DNA of 64,000 nucleotides, taken from Nitrospirales bacterium. Lineage in GTDB: Bacteria; Nitrospirota; Nitrospiria; Nitrospirales; UBA8639. Below, piece by piece: positions 22,401 through 32,242 of the stretch. Numbering within the stretch: the stretch's first letter is position 1; the number at the start of each line of letters is the position of its first letter. The stretch is from the NCBI GenBank assembly GCA_965223295.1, contig CBDCWC010000003.1:864001-928000 (forward strand), in the 5' to 3' direction. A program made the translations under genes and the position numbers. The notes beneath the pieces are model-generated. The model worked only from the letters and a program-made list of their open reading frames with translations, made no database searches and was not told where the DNA came from.

Positions 22401-22577
22401 CCTCTCTATACCGGCGGCGGCCCCATGTGGGAACCCATGGCCATTGCCATTATGTTTGGATTACTCTTTGCTACCGTACTCACACTTGGCGTAGTGCCAG
22501 TTCTGTATACCCTCTTGTTCCGAGTGAACTTTCAGAATTTTCACTATGTAGCACAGGTTTCGGCAAATCCTGTATAA
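19473..22577 (+). CDS. RND efflux permease (AcrB/D/F family)
   Basis: 1034 aa; LGLLVDNAIV, GIIINNAIVLID and RLRPILLTT motifs. Confidence 0.95.
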   Translation: MNVTQSAIQNSRITAVALLIILFAGISSYQGLPRNEDPGFIIRTALVLTYFPGASPERVEQLVTDKLEKTIQEIPELDFVKSESKTGVSLIYVNILEKFKKMRPIWDNLRRKIDKATPDLPDGTVGPFVNDEFGDVFGIIVNITGDGFTYREIKDVADDVRDELLRQSEIAKVEIYGDQEERVFIEFNNARLSELGLSPSQLSTLLESQNIVMPGGDIRTQDEKIVLEPSGNFESVDEVRRTVVRVPETQEVLFLEDLVDITRGYIDPPDALLRSTGEPAVGLGVSMQTGGNIITLGEQVRGVLHQALQEFPIGIDFEVIQFQPDVVDRKIKNFTNSLFQAVVIVTGVMLLFLGVRTGLIVASLIPMAIFMALLLMSLLHIGLDQMSLAALIIALGLLVDNAIVMSESTMVQMNAGKPALQAAIQSANELKIPLLTSSLTTAAAFLPIYLAESSVGEYTAPIFQVVTITLLCSWLLALTMIPWFCVLFLRVLPMASGDPFQSHFYTIYRDLLVSLVQRPWLTMGIVAIMFVSALYGFGKLPVYFFPANDKPTFTAKLEFPNGTPIEKTDAMVTHVERFIQTNLKTNQTRDQGIVNWSSFIGESAPRFDLPFSPVQASPNFAYLLVNTTSREIFSDVIPQLESFCLENFPDLKATIRPLETGPPTYPPVEIRVTGRDTDILFDIMEKVKAKLRSIPGTKLIDDNWGARSKKLMVKINQPRALRAGVSSQDIAISLQTYLTGLDITQYREDDELIPVILRSVGAERQDMSKLESINVYAQSSGQSVPLRQVADLEVVWEPAQIHRRDRLPTITVEAGLQAGTTAMEVNALLEPWLEEQEKDWSLGYFWEFGGEAETSGKGNKSIGAKLPVAGLIILFLLVAQFNSLRKPIIILMTIPLGLIGVVIGLHLTQLYFGFMPMLGVLSLAGIIINNAIVLIDRINIEATENGGDLASAIIMSAQHRLRPILLTTITTIGGLIPLYTGGGPMWEPMAIAIMFGLLFATVLTLGVVPVLYTLLFRVNFQNFHYVAQVSANPV

Positions 22578-22748
22578 CTATCCAAGATAGATACACCTCT
22601 TGAGATGTTTTAAAATAAGATCCTAGTAGAACTGGAGCATCAGATACTTCTCTTCATGCATTCCCAATTCTTGAATGGTCTTCTTATGACATTTGATGGT
22701 ACCAAAATAGATTCCAACGAGTGGTGCACAAAACAAGGGTACGCCAAT

Positions 22749-23267
22749 ATGCCTAAACATCCTTTTTCTGCTTGGATAAGAATACTGCCTATTTTCTGTC
22801 TGGTTCTCACAAATTGTGTGAACACCCATCATCAGTTCTCTGGATCCTTGCTGCAGCTTCAGTCTTCCCATACCGCCCCAACACAACAACTGGGTTCAAT
22901 ACAGATAGGTATCACAACAAAACAAGAAATCATCAGAAGATTTGGAAATCCTACGGACCAGCAAATGTCTACTCGAGAAGGAGTTCCAATAGAATCTCTG
23001 AGCTATGCCGACTCTGAAATCGAGATCAGACCTTACCAGTACATTCCTTTTTTCGGAGCATTTGCATTTTGGCGCACTCCAACTCACCAAAACTCGTCGG
23101 CTGCCATCAGTTTTTCTTCTGATGAAAAGGTTTCCGGATTGACGATCTCAACAGTCAATGCCTATAGCGACATCCGTTCTTCAGAAATTTTCTCTAGAGC
23201 AGACTCCACCACTTCTTTTTACGGCATGAACAATCCAGAGGTTTCTCATACCCCGACTAGTGACTAA
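22749..23267 (+). CDS. Putative lipoprotein (BamE/SmpA-like)
   Basis: LVLTNC lipobox-like; IQIGITTKQEIIRRFGNP. Confidence 0.6.
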   Translation: MPKHPFSAWIRILPIFCLVLTNCVNTHHQFSGSLLQLQSSHTAPTQQLGSIQIGITTKQEIIRRFGNPTDQQMSTREGVPIESLSYADSEIEIRPYQYIPFFGAFAFWRTPTHQNSSAAISFSSDEKVSGLTISTVNAYSDIRSSEIFSRADSTTSFYGMNNPEVSHTPTSD

Positions 23268-23357
23268 ATCCGTCCCAATCCTGAGACTCTCTCTACATTT
23301 TTGCTCTTCTCTTTTTTTGGGGACCTATTTCTTTCAAGATAGTTTCAGAAAAATATA

Positions 23358-23547
23358 GGGTCTGTTGAAAAAGCCGTCAGCGGCGTTCTCGCTATTTTTC
23401 CGTGCTCACATACTGCCAGTATGCTCCGCGCACAAAAAGAGCTGCGCCCTTGCTGAACGGACTTTTTTGAACAAACCCGCGGTCTCTGACATGTTATGTC
23501 TCAGACACGAAATGTGGCTATTGATATCAGCATTATTCAACAGTCCT
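23358..23547. repeat. MITE-like element, copy 2 (core 23358-23478), inverted relative to copy 1
   Basis: Ends GGGTCTGTTGAAAAAG...TTATTCAACAGTCCT; TA-rich flanks. Confidence 0.8.
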
Positions 23548-23724
23548 ATATAGAAAGCTGATGCGTTTCAAGCAGTTGAATCAGGCAAAACCCGGAAAGA
23601 AAATTATGCCGTTTGGTTGCAAAACCATGTTCTTTATTCAAAATATCGGGTAAGATATACGATTGTAAGCTGGTAACCTCTTTAAAATTTTCCTCCTATC
23701 CTATTCAGGCGAAAGGGTAACGCA

Positions 23725-25572
23725 TTGAAATCCATCCTTGGCATTTCAGCGTATTATCATGATAGTGCGGCATGTCTGGTGCAAGATGGACAAATTGTGG
23801 CCGCGGCTCAGGAGGAACGGTTTACCCGGAAAAAACATGATGCAGGATTTCCCTACCACGCCGTTGAGTTTTGCTTAAACCATCGAGGATTAACTATTGG
23901 CAATGTGGATTATCTTGTTTTTTATGACAAACCTCTGATCAAATTTGAACGACTCCTCGAGACGTACTTGTCGTATGCCCCTCAAGGCATACGGTCCTTT
24001 CTCACTGCCATTCCTGTCTGGATCAAAGAAAAACTATTTTTGCGCAATTTACTGGATAAAGCTTTTCGCCAGATTGGGGGTCTTGAGAAAACGGACTCGC
24101 TCCCTCCTCTGCTCTTTGGAGAGCACCATGAATCGCATGCGGCATCGGCCTTTTTCCCCTCCCCTTTTCAGGAAGCCGTCGTTCTGTGCATGGATGGCGT
24201 CGGAGAATGGGCAACCACATCTGCTTGGATCGGACGTGATAACAAACTGACTCCTTTGTGGGAGATCCCTTTTCCCCATTCTATAGGACTGCTCTATTCG
24301 GCCTTCACTTATTACACCGGCTTCAAAGTCAATTCAGGGGAATATAAAGTCATGGGCCTGGCGCCCTATGGTGAACCCAAGTATGTCAAAACGATTTTAG
24401 ATAACCTGGTCGATGTCAAACCGGACGGCACGTTCCGCTTAAACATGGAGTATTTTGCCTATTGCACCGGTCTTCGTATGACCAGTGATAAATTTGACGA
24501 ATTGTTTGGCGCCCCTCCTCGTGAAGCGGAAAGTGAATTAACTCAGCGAGAAATGGATTTGGCCCGTTCCGTACAGGAAGTGACCGAGATTGTCATGTTG
24601 CGCTTGGCTAATAGTCTTCACAAAGAAACGGGTATCAAAAACCTATGTTTATCAGGAGGAGTAGCTTTGAATTGCGTCGGCAATGGTCGTGTTCTACGCG
24701 AAGGCCCATTCGACAAGCTGTGGATCCAGCCTGCCGCTGGCGATGCGGGGAGCGCGCTCGGAGCTGCGCTCACTGTTCATTATCACTACCTGGATCAACC
24801 AAGAACTTGTCAAGACACCGAAGATTCGATGCGCGGCAGTTATCTCGGACCTTCGTGGAGCAATGAAGAGATTGAAGCGGTTTTACGGAAGCTGGACGCA
24901 CCCTATGAACGCCTGGAAGATTCGCTCTTTTACGATCGAGTGGCAACTTACTTGGCAGAAGAAAAAGTCATCGGATGGGTCCAAGGGCGAATGGAATTTG
25001 GACCTCGGGCTTTGGGCGGCCGCAGTATTCTAGGTGATCCTCGCAGCGAGAAGATGCAGTCGGTCATGAACTTGAAAATAAAGTATCGGGAATCTTTTCG
25101 GCCCTTTGCGCCATCGGTTTTACGCGAACGTGTCGCAGACTATTTCGAGATGGATACCGATAGCCCCTATATGTTGCTGGTTGCACCGGTAGCCGAACAG
25201 CGGCGGGTTGCCTTAAAAGCCGACGAAGCAAAACTTTGGGGCATTGATCTCTTGAACGTGCCCAAGTCAGATATTCCCGCTGTGACCCACGTGGATTATT
25301 CCGCCAGAGTGCAAACCGTGACGGCCTCCACCAATCCTCGGTATTATCAACTCTTGCAATCATTCGAAAAGAAAACCGGTTGCGGAGTATTGATCAATAC
25401 CTCATTCAATGTTCGAGGCGAACCCATTGTCTGTACTCCGGAAGATGCCTATCGTTGTTTTATGCGTACCGAAATGGACGTGCTCGTCTTAGAAAATTGC
25501 GTATTGGTTAAAGAACAACAAAAACCAGTTCCGAAAGACACGGAATGGATGAAAGAGTTTGAATTGGATTAA
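23725..25572 (+). CDS. Carbamoyltransferase (NodU/CmcH family)
   Basis: ILGISAYYHDSAA, EHHESHAASAF, MEFGPRALGGRS and NTSFNVRGEPIV motifs. Confidence 0.95.
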   Translation: MKSILGISAYYHDSAACLVQDGQIVAAAQEERFTRKKHDAGFPYHAVEFCLNHRGLTIGNVDYLVFYDKPLIKFERLLETYLSYAPQGIRSFLTAIPVWIKEKLFLRNLLDKAFRQIGGLEKTDSLPPLLFGEHHESHAASAFFPSPFQEAVVLCMDGVGEWATTSAWIGRDNKLTPLWEIPFPHSIGLLYSAFTYYTGFKVNSGEYKVMGLAPYGEPKYVKTILDNLVDVKPDGTFRLNMEYFAYCTGLRMTSDKFDELFGAPPREAESELTQREMDLARSVQEVTEIVMLRLANSLHKETGIKNLCLSGGVALNCVGNGRVLREGPFDKLWIQPAAGDAGSALGAALTVHYHYLDQPRTCQDTEDSMRGSYLGPSWSNEEIEAVLRKLDAPYERLEDSLFYDRVATYLAEEKVIGWVQGRMEFGPRALGGRSILGDPRSEKMQSVMNLKIKYRESFRPFAPSVLRERVADYFEMDTDSPYMLLVAPVAEQRRVALKADEAKLWGIDLLNVPKSDIPAVTHVDYSARVQTVTASTNPRYYQLLQSFEKKTGCGVLINTSFNVRGEPIVCTPEDAYRCFMRTEMDVLVLENCVLVKEQQKPVPKDTEWMKEFELD

Positions 25573-25589
25573 CTCAAGAGTTTTTCAAT

Positions 25590-26000
25590 ATGAATACCTC
25601 GACACCACATAAAGATATTCCTGTCAAACAACTCCGCCACTTTGGATGGCTGATGGGTGGGTTCTTTGCCATCATTAGCTTGTGGCCATTAGTGTTTCGC
25701 GGCGAAGGCATCCGTCTGTGGGCTGGTATCATTGCTGGCGCTTTTGCGGTGTTAGGAATGGTGTTCCCCACTGGCCTTACGCCCATCTATCGAGGCTGGA
25801 TGTTCTTCGGAGAAAAAATTGGATGGCTCAATTCACGCATCTTATTGGGTCTGGTATTCTATGCCCTGCTCACCCCCATCTCTTTTCTCATGGTGGTACT
25901 GGGAAAACGCCCTTTACAATTGAAGTTTGATCCCAATGCAGAGACGTATCGAGTGCCTAAAGAAGCGCGTGCGGCCAATCATGTCTTGAAAGCCTTTTAA
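25590..26000 (+). CDS. SxtJ family membrane protein
   Basis: LRHFG...YRGWM...IGWLNSRILLGLVFY..LTP; follows the carbamoyltransferase. Confidence 0.85.
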   Translation: MNTSTPHKDIPVKQLRHFGWLMGGFFAIISLWPLVFRGEGIRLWAGIIAGAFAVLGMVFPTGLTPIYRGWMFFGEKIGWLNSRILLGLVFYALLTPISFLMVVLGKRPLQLKFDPNAETYRVPKEARAANHVLKAF

Positions 26001-26014
26001 AGGAGGAATCGTTG

Positions 26015-26167
26015 ATGTCAGGTTTTCTCGGAGAGCTGTGGGAGTTTATGCGAGAACGAAAAAAGTTCTGGCTAGCCCCAATCATTATTATGCTCTTACT
26101 CTTAGGCGGTCTTATTATTTTGAGCGAAGGCTCTGCCGTGGCTCCCTTTATCTATACGCTGTTTTGA
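26015..26167 (+). CDS. Small SxtK-like (DUF5989-type) membrane protein, 50 aa
   Basis: Not in ORF track. MSGFLGELWEFMRERKKFWLAPIII...SAVAPFIYTLF with AGGAGG RBS. Confidence 0.88.
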   Translation: MSGFLGELWEFMRERKKFWLAPIIIMLLLLGGLIILSEGSAVAPFIYTLF

Positions 26168-26412
26168 GAAGTCATGGGCATTCATGCCTTTAAGGGATGA
26201 TGAGACAAGAAATGAAAGAGTATTTTGGATTCAATCCTCTTGACTCTCAAAATTGGCGAATTACTATGTAATAAGAGGTGGGAAGGTCTTTGTCCTTGAT
26301 ACTTTTCGAGGAACGAGATTGGTACTCCCACCAACTAACCTGTTCGCTTTTAGGAAAACCACTTAATTTTTGACCCGTATCACTCATCGGGTTCATTTCA
26401 AGACCTTGGTAT

Positions 26413-27387
26413 ATGTCTGGATCTGAACACGAACAGATCTCTCAGCTTCGGGCCTACCTGAATCACCAGGTTATCGGCCAAGAAGGTCTCACCCTCAGAC
26501 TCATCATTGCCCTGTTAGCAGATGGGCATCTTCTGGTAGAGGGAGCACCGGGCCTCGCCAAAACCACCGCGATAAAAACACTCGCCACGGGCCTAGAGGC
26601 TGATTTTCACCGAGTTCAATTCACGCCTGATCTGCTGCCAGCTGATATCACCGGTACAGATATTTACCGCCCGCAAGACAGCTCCTTTCGCTTTCAACAT
26701 GGGCCCATTTTTCACAACCTTGTGCTTGCAGACGAAATCAACCGTGCGCCAGCGAAAGTCCAAGCGGCCTTGCTGGAAGCTATGGGCGAACATCAAGTCA
26801 CGATTGGCCGGAGCAGTTATCCTCTTCCAGAATTATTCTTGGTTATGGCCACACAAAATCCCATTGAACAGGAAGGCACCTACCCGCTTCCTGAGGCCCA
26901 ATTGGATCGATTCCTGCTTTATGTCCGCGTTCAATATCCAACTGTGGAAAGCGAACGACGCATTGCCAAACTGGTTCGGAACCAAGCCAAGGCTACTCCA
27001 TTGGATGCAGTTGGTCAGGTCTCGCCCATTCCTCAAAAAGTCTTGTTCGCCGCGCGCCAGGACATTTGGAATGTCCATTTTGCCCCAACCTTAGAAGAAT
27101 ATCTCGTCCAACTGGTGGTCGCGACACGGGATCCAGCTCCCTACAGTAACACCTTGAAACGATGGGTGCGCTTCGGAGCCAGTCCACGAGCCACCATTGG
27201 CTTAGAACGATGTGCGAGAGCTCATGCCTGGCTGGAGGGGCGAGACTATGTATCGCCCGAAGATATTCAAGCCATGGCCCATGATGTGCTCCGCCACAGA
27301 ATTTTATTGACCTTCGAAGCCGAAGCCGAAGGCATCACCCCTGATTATGTGGTGTCTGAAATATTAAACCATGTGGCCGTTCCGTAA
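26413..27387 (+). CDS. MoxR family AAA+ ATPase
   Basis: GAPGLAKT, QFTPDLLPAD, DEINRA and EAQLDRF motifs. Confidence 0.95.
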   Translation: MSGSEHEQISQLRAYLNHQVIGQEGLTLRLIIALLADGHLLVEGAPGLAKTTAIKTLATGLEADFHRVQFTPDLLPADITGTDIYRPQDSSFRFQHGPIFHNLVLADEINRAPAKVQAALLEAMGEHQVTIGRSSYPLPELFLVMATQNPIEQEGTYPLPEAQLDRFLLYVRVQYPTVESERRIAKLVRNQAKATPLDAVGQVSPIPQKVLFAARQDIWNVHFAPTLEEYLVQLVVATRDPAPYSNTLKRWVRFGASPRATIGLERCARAHAWLEGRDYVSPEDIQAMAHDVLRHRILLTFEAEAEGITPDYVVSEILNHVAVP

Positions 27388-28414
27388 CCGCGCACAAGCG
27401 CCTTTCACCGTTGCCAGCCCATCGGATTCAAGCCCCTTCCGAGGAGTTCATGTACACCTCAACGACCTTATTCAGGCGCGCCATCACATTTCTGGGTTAG
27501 CCGTCAAGCGTCAAACCCGGTCTCATGCCCTACTCGCTGGTGGGGAACGGTCGCCATTCAAAGGACGCGGAATCGACTTCGAAGAATCCCGCCGGTACCA
27601 GCCCGGAGATGATGTCCGGTTAATGGATTGGCGTGTCACGGCTCGGACGAATACACCCTATCTGAAAGTTTTTCGAGAAGAACGCGAGCGTCCGGTCTTT
27701 CTGGTGGTGGATGATCGACAGGCTATGCATTTCGGAACCAAAGTGGCTTTTAAATCAGTCGTGGCTGCACAGGCCGCAGCTCTATTGGGATGGGCATCCC
27801 ACGACAGGGGTGATCGAGTTGGCGGCATTGTATTTTCGGAAACGGATCATGTGGAACTCCGTCCTAAAGGTGGAAGATCAGGAATCCTTCAATTGCTGAA
27901 TGTCCTCGCTACTCGTACTGGCCAACCCTCCGGACATCGGCTTGAACCAGATTCTTCAACGACAGCTTTGCGATCAGCGCTCAATAGAGTCCTCAAGGCT
28001 GCTCGCCCAGGAAGTCTTATCTTTATTTTGAGTGATTTCCGCGAATGGGATCAGCAATCCCGAATAGCTTTGCGCCGACTTGGAGCACATCATGAAGTTG
28101 TGTCTCTGTTTATCTATGATCAGATCGAACAAGTGGCGCCACCTCCGGGTTCCTATCCTATTACAGATGGTCAATCCTACGGCCTCCTGCAAACATACTC
28201 GGCACAAACAATTGAAGCGTACAGACAGGCATTTAGTCGGCGGTATGAAGATGTTCGCCATCTGTGCTATTCACGGGGAATTGGGTTTGTTCCTTTAGTT
28301 ACACATCAAGATATTTTCACCCAACTCACAAAAGGATTCCAGACATTAGCAGATGGTCGAAGTGCAAACCGTTCAGGGATAGTAGAATTGCCTGAGAGAG
28401 AGGGAGTCGCCTGA
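27371..28414 (+). CDS. DUF58 domain protein
   Basis: GRGIDFEESRRYQPGDDVRLMDWRVTAR. Confidence 0.92.
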   Translation: MWPFRNRAQAPFTVASPSDSSPFRGVHVHLNDLIQARHHISGLAVKRQTRSHALLAGGERSPFKGRGIDFEESRRYQPGDDVRLMDWRVTARTNTPYLKVFREERERPVFLVVDDRQAMHFGTKVAFKSVVAAQAAALLGWASHDRGDRVGGIVFSETDHVELRPKGGRSGILQLLNVLATRTGQPSGHRLEPDSSTTALRSALNRVLKAARPGSLIFILSDFREWDQQSRIALRRLGAHHEVVSLFIYDQIEQVAPPPGSYPITDGQSYGLLQTYSAQTIEAYRQAFSRRYEDVRHLCYSRGIGFVPLVTHQDIFTQLTKGFQTLADGRSANRSGIVELPEREGVA

Positions 28415-28415
28415 T

Positions 28416-28913
28416 ATGCCTAACGTTCCTGATCCGTTACAAGACCTGCGGGATGTGCATCTGCCAGATCCGATTTCCTGGTGGCCTCCCGCATTTGGAT
28501 GGTGGATGATTCTGGTTCTGATCATCATTGCGGTGAGTTTGCTTCTGTGGGCCAAGGCCTATTACCGACGTACTCGACCTCGACGATTTGCGCTCGCACA
28601 ACTTAAAAGCGTGAAACAACAATATGCGCGAGATTCAGATGACCAATGGACAATCAGAGAAGTCTCCCATCTTCTGAGGCGCTATGCCCTTTCGGTGTTT
28701 TCCCGATCTGATGTGGCTGGGTTATCGGGGAAAGCCTGGCTGAAATTTTTGGATGATACGGGCTGCACGAACCAATTTTCTGAAGGCCCCGGACAATCAT
28801 TGCAGTCTGGCCCCTACCAAGCCCAGGTATCCACCTCAGCATCTGAACTCCTTCCCCTGGTGGAACAATGGATTCAACAGGTTCGCATCGACAAAGGGAA
28901 ACTTGTGTCATGA
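28416..28913 (+). CDS. DUF4381-type membrane-anchored protein
   Basis: LRDVHLPDPISWWPPAFGWW; position in the Bat operon. Confidence 0.85.
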   Translation: MPNVPDPLQDLRDVHLPDPISWWPPAFGWWMILVLIIIAVSLLLWAKAYYRRTRPRRFALAQLKSVKQQYARDSDDQWTIREVSHLLRRYALSVFSRSDVAGLSGKAWLKFLDDTGCTNQFSEGPGQSLQSGPYQAQVSTSASELLPLVEQWIQQVRIDKGKLVS

Positions 28914-29965
28914 TCTCGCTACTCTGGCCATGGATACTTGCAGTCGGTCCATTGCCGTGGCTTGTGAGACGCTGGGCTCCTCCGGCTCCGGAACAAGCCA
29001 AAGCCGCCTTGCGTGTCCCCCATTTTCGAGACTTGATCGGATTTCAATCCGGAAAACCTATTGGAACGAAACAACCTGGACCCTCTACCATGTTTTGGTT
29101 CAGCATTGTGATCTGGCTCCTATTAGTGTTAGCTGCCGCTCGGCCTCAGTGGATTGGAGAACCTGTGGGTTTGCCTACCAGCGGACGGGATTTGATGTTA
29201 GCCGTAGATATTTCTGGCAGCATGGCCATCCCAGATTTTGCCATCAATGGGCAAGAAGTGACGCGTCTAGAAGTGGTGAAACGCGCAGCCAGTGAGTTTA
29301 TTACACGCCGAACAGGCGATCGGATCGGCCTCATTGTGTTTGGGTCCCAAGCTTATGTGCAGACACCCCTCACTTTTGATCGTGAGACGGTTGCCACCAT
29401 GCTACGCGAAATGGAAATTGGTCTGGCCGGAAAAGAAACAGCCCTTGGTGATGCGATTGGGTTAGCTGTCAAGCGACTCAAAGAACAACCAGCCGGCAAT
29501 CGTGTCTTGGTGTTACTTACAGACGGAGCCAACACGGCTGGGGAAGTTTCACCTAAACAGGCAGGTGAGTTAGCCAAAGAGCAAGGCCTTCGGATCTATA
29601 CAATCGGCGTGGGGGCAGACCGCATGGAAGTGGATTCGTTATTCGGGTCTCGAACGGTCAATCCCTCGCGTGATTTAGATGAAAATACGCTCCGAGAGCT
29701 GGCGCAAGCAACTGGAGGGTTGTATCTCCGGGCCAAGAATACCGAGGCGTTGGCCAACGTGTATCGCGAACTGGATCGCCTGGAGCCAGCTTCAACGGAT
29801 GTTGAACTCTTTCGTCCCAGGACAGAACTCTTCATCTGGCCGTTGGGACTGGCTCTGGGATGCTCTGTGTTTATGTCACTGTTCTTTTTGGTGAGGAATA
29901 GTGCGGGCATTGGAGTGAGGCGGCCCACACAACCCATGACGACAGAAACTCTGGTGAGATCATAA
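28910..29965 (+). CDS. VWA domain protein (BatA-like)
   Basis: MIDAS DISGSM, TALGDAIGLA, LLTDG. Confidence 0.9.
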   Translation: MISLLWPWILAVGPLPWLVRRWAPPAPEQAKAALRVPHFRDLIGFQSGKPIGTKQPGPSTMFWFSIVIWLLLVLAAARPQWIGEPVGLPTSGRDLMLAVDISGSMAIPDFAINGQEVTRLEVVKRAASEFITRRTGDRIGLIVFGSQAYVQTPLTFDRETVATMLREMEIGLAGKETALGDAIGLAVKRLKEQPAGNRVLVLLTDGANTAGEVSPKQAGELAKEQGLRIYTIGVGADRMEVDSLFGSRTVNPSRDLDENTLRELAQATGGLYLRAKNTEALANVYRELDRLEPASTDVELFRPRTELFIWPLGLALGCSVFMSLFFLVRNSAGIGVRRPTQPMTTETLVRS

Positions 29966-29967
29966 AG

Positions 29968-31851
29968 ATGGCCACATTCCATTTTCTTCGGCCTGAATGG
30001 TTGTGGGGATTTTTGCCATTAACGGGTCTGTTAATTGTCCTCACGAAACACAAAGCCACGGCCCAGTTGTGGGAGTCGGTGTGTGATGCACATTTATTAC
30101 CACATGTGCTGATGGGCACTCCCGGAAAACAATCCAGCGGTCCTGTCGTTCTTCTCGGACTGGGATGGACGTTGGCCCTCGTGGCATTAGCCGGTCCCGT
30201 ATGGTCGAAGTTGCCGCAGCCCGTGTTTCGTACTGAATCGGCATTGGTCATCATCTTAGATGTCTCACGCTCAATGGACGCACAAGATGTCGCCCCATCA
30301 CGACTCACCCGTGCCAAACATAAGATCTTGGATATTCTGCAAACTCGAAAAGAAGGACAGACGGCACTGGTCGTATTTGCAGGGGACGCATTTGTCGTGT
30401 CCCCACTGACCGATGATGCCCGGACCATGAAAACACTGGTGCAAACCCTCGAAACCAGTCTGATGCCAGTGCAAGGAAGTCGGCCTGACTTAGCTCTCAC
30501 TATCGGTCATGACTTACTGGTACAAGCTGGAATTCCGGGCGGCAACCTCTTGCTCATCACAGATGGGAAAGTAGATTCCGCTGCCATACACATCATGAAA
30601 CAAGTAGCTCAGAAAGATAGAACGATTGCTATTCTGGGCGTGGGCACAGAGGATGGAGCCCCGATCCCCGACCAGGGCGGATTCGTCAAAGATGAAACCG
30701 GAACGATTGTCGTCCCAAAATTAGATCCTGATTCCTTGCATGAGGTGGCTCGGACGGTCGGTGGCCGATATGCCACCGTCACGCTGAATGATGAGGATCT
30801 GGATCATGTTGTCCCCACAACAAATGTTTCAACGCTGTCTACCTCAACAAAGGAGGATCAACGAACCACCGACATCTGGCGGGAGGAGGGGCCTTGGTTG
30901 ATAGGAATTCTCCTCCTAGTCACCCTTCCCGCGTTTCGTCGTGGATGGATTGGCGCCCTGCTGATCTTTGTATTTCTGCCACAAGTGAGTCAGGCATTTT
31001 CATGGGAGAGTATCTGGGAACGTTCTGATCAACGGGCCATGAAGGCTTTAGAACAACACGATGCTCAAAAAGCTGCGGCGCTGTTTGAACAACCTGACTG
31101 GAAGGGCATCGCCCATTATCGTGCCGGTGAGTACGATCAGGCGGAGCAAGTATTTTCGGGTATGGATTCACCAGATGGACACTATAATCGAGGCAATGCT
31201 TTAGCCAAACTGGGAAAGTACCAGGAAGCCATCGCTTCTTATCAAACCGCCTTAAAGCAACAACCTGACCATGCAGATGCACAACATAACTTAGACCTTC
31301 TCAAAAAGATGTTGGAGAATCAACAGTCACAAAATTCTCAAGAAAACAATTCCAAGCCATCTGATTCTTCTTCGGAAGAGCAGCAACAACATGACGAAGG
31401 AGAAGGATCTGCTCAACAGAGTCAGGAAGGGGAATCTGAGAAAAGCGAGCAAGAAAACAAGCAAGAACAGACCGCTTCTCAAAATGATACAAGCCAAGAT
31501 GAGGCAGGAGCATCAGAACCACGTCAAGATTCTTCAGACGACTCCAACAAATCTGAAGAATCTCAAGCACAGTCCCCTGCTCAAGATATGGAAGAGAATA
31601 AGGCCCAATCGGATATCGCTCAAGCCAATCAGGGAGAAAGCACAGAAGATAATGATTTCCAGAAGCAGCAGGCTTCGGCTTCTGAGTCAGAAGAGACGCA
31701 GGAGGATCAGAAATCCCAACAGGCTCTTCAACAATGGCTTCGTCGCATTCCCGATGACCCTGGAGGGTTGTTGCGGCGCAAATTTCTTTTGGAACATCGG
31801 CGACGTATGGAGGCAGGGACGGCAGTGGATAGTATAGGGAGGGCATGGTGA
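29968..31851 (+). CDS. VWA plus TPR protein (BatB/C-like)
   Basis: DVSRSM, TPR YNRGNALAK, Q/E/S-rich linker, WLRRIPDDPGGLLRRKF. Confidence 0.9.
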   Translation: MATFHFLRPEWLWGFLPLTGLLIVLTKHKATAQLWESVCDAHLLPHVLMGTPGKQSSGPVVLLGLGWTLALVALAGPVWSKLPQPVFRTESALVIILDVSRSMDAQDVAPSRLTRAKHKILDILQTRKEGQTALVVFAGDAFVVSPLTDDARTMKTLVQTLETSLMPVQGSRPDLALTIGHDLLVQAGIPGGNLLLITDGKVDSAAIHIMKQVAQKDRTIAILGVGTEDGAPIPDQGGFVKDETGTIVVPKLDPDSLHEVARTVGGRYATVTLNDEDLDHVVPTTNVSTLSTSTKEDQRTTDIWREEGPWLIGILLLVTLPAFRRGWIGALLIFVFLPQVSQAFSWESIWERSDQRAMKALEQHDAQKAAALFEQPDWKGIAHYRAGEYDQAEQVFSGMDSPDGHYNRGNALAKLGKYQEAIASYQTALKQQPDHADAQHNLDLLKKMLENQQSQNSQENNSKPSDSSSEEQQQHDEGEGSAQQSQEGESEKSEQENKQEQTASQNDTSQDEAGASEPRQDSSDDSNKSEESQAQSPAQDMEENKAQSDIAQANQGESTEDNDFQKQQASASESEETQEDQKSQQALQQWLRRIPDDPGGLLRRKFLLEHRRRMEAGTAVDSIGRAW

Positions 31852-31881
31852 AAAAACAAGATTATGCTTTTTCCTCTGCTT

Positions 31882-31913
31882 CCGTCATTCCCGACATTTT
31901 TTATCGGGAATCC
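31882..31913. repeat. REP-like hairpin (GTCATTCCCG...CGGGAATCC type)
   Basis: ATTCCCGA / TCGGGAAT arms. Confidence 0.7.
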
Positions 31914-32000
31914 ATCTTATTTATTGGCAATCAAAGCGTTTGTAGATGAAACACATCAAATGCCTCTACACAACAATAATGTCTACTCGTTTTTCTGTGC

Positions 32001-32194
32001 TGCCGGGTCTCGTCCCGGCAGCCGAGGCCCTTTTGTTCCGGCAAAAGGACCCAAAACCATGTTGGCCGTGGCGTGGCCCTTCGGGTGCCTTGCGCGGTTC
32101 GCCGACACCGGCGGCGCGCAAACTCACTACGCTCAGACAATGCACGCTTTGTCTCCGGTATCGGCTGCACTGCTCAGCGTCGCCACAAGACCAG
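32001..32194. repeat. Structured GC-rich intergenic repeat-like element
   Basis: Hairpins TGCCGGG/CCCGGCA, CCTTTTG/CAAAAGG and GCCGACACCGG/CCGGTATCGGC; single copy in this window. Confidence 0.55.
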
Positions 32195-32206
32195 ATTCTC
32201 TTGCAA

Positions 32207-32242
32207 CCCTCGCCCCCTCGGGGGAGAGGGAAGGGTGACGGG
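32207..32242. repeat. REP-like element (CCCTC...GAGGG..GGGTGA type)
   Basis: Similar to 34153-34186 and 40028-40065. Confidence 0.7.

Noticed and set aside
23725-26167. Saxitoxin biosynthesis
   Set aside because: No sxtA/sxtG or other core genes in the window; the trio is widespread.
31310-31735. Low-complexity Q/E/S-rich coding stretch
   Set aside because: Normal disordered linker of BatB/C-type proteins.
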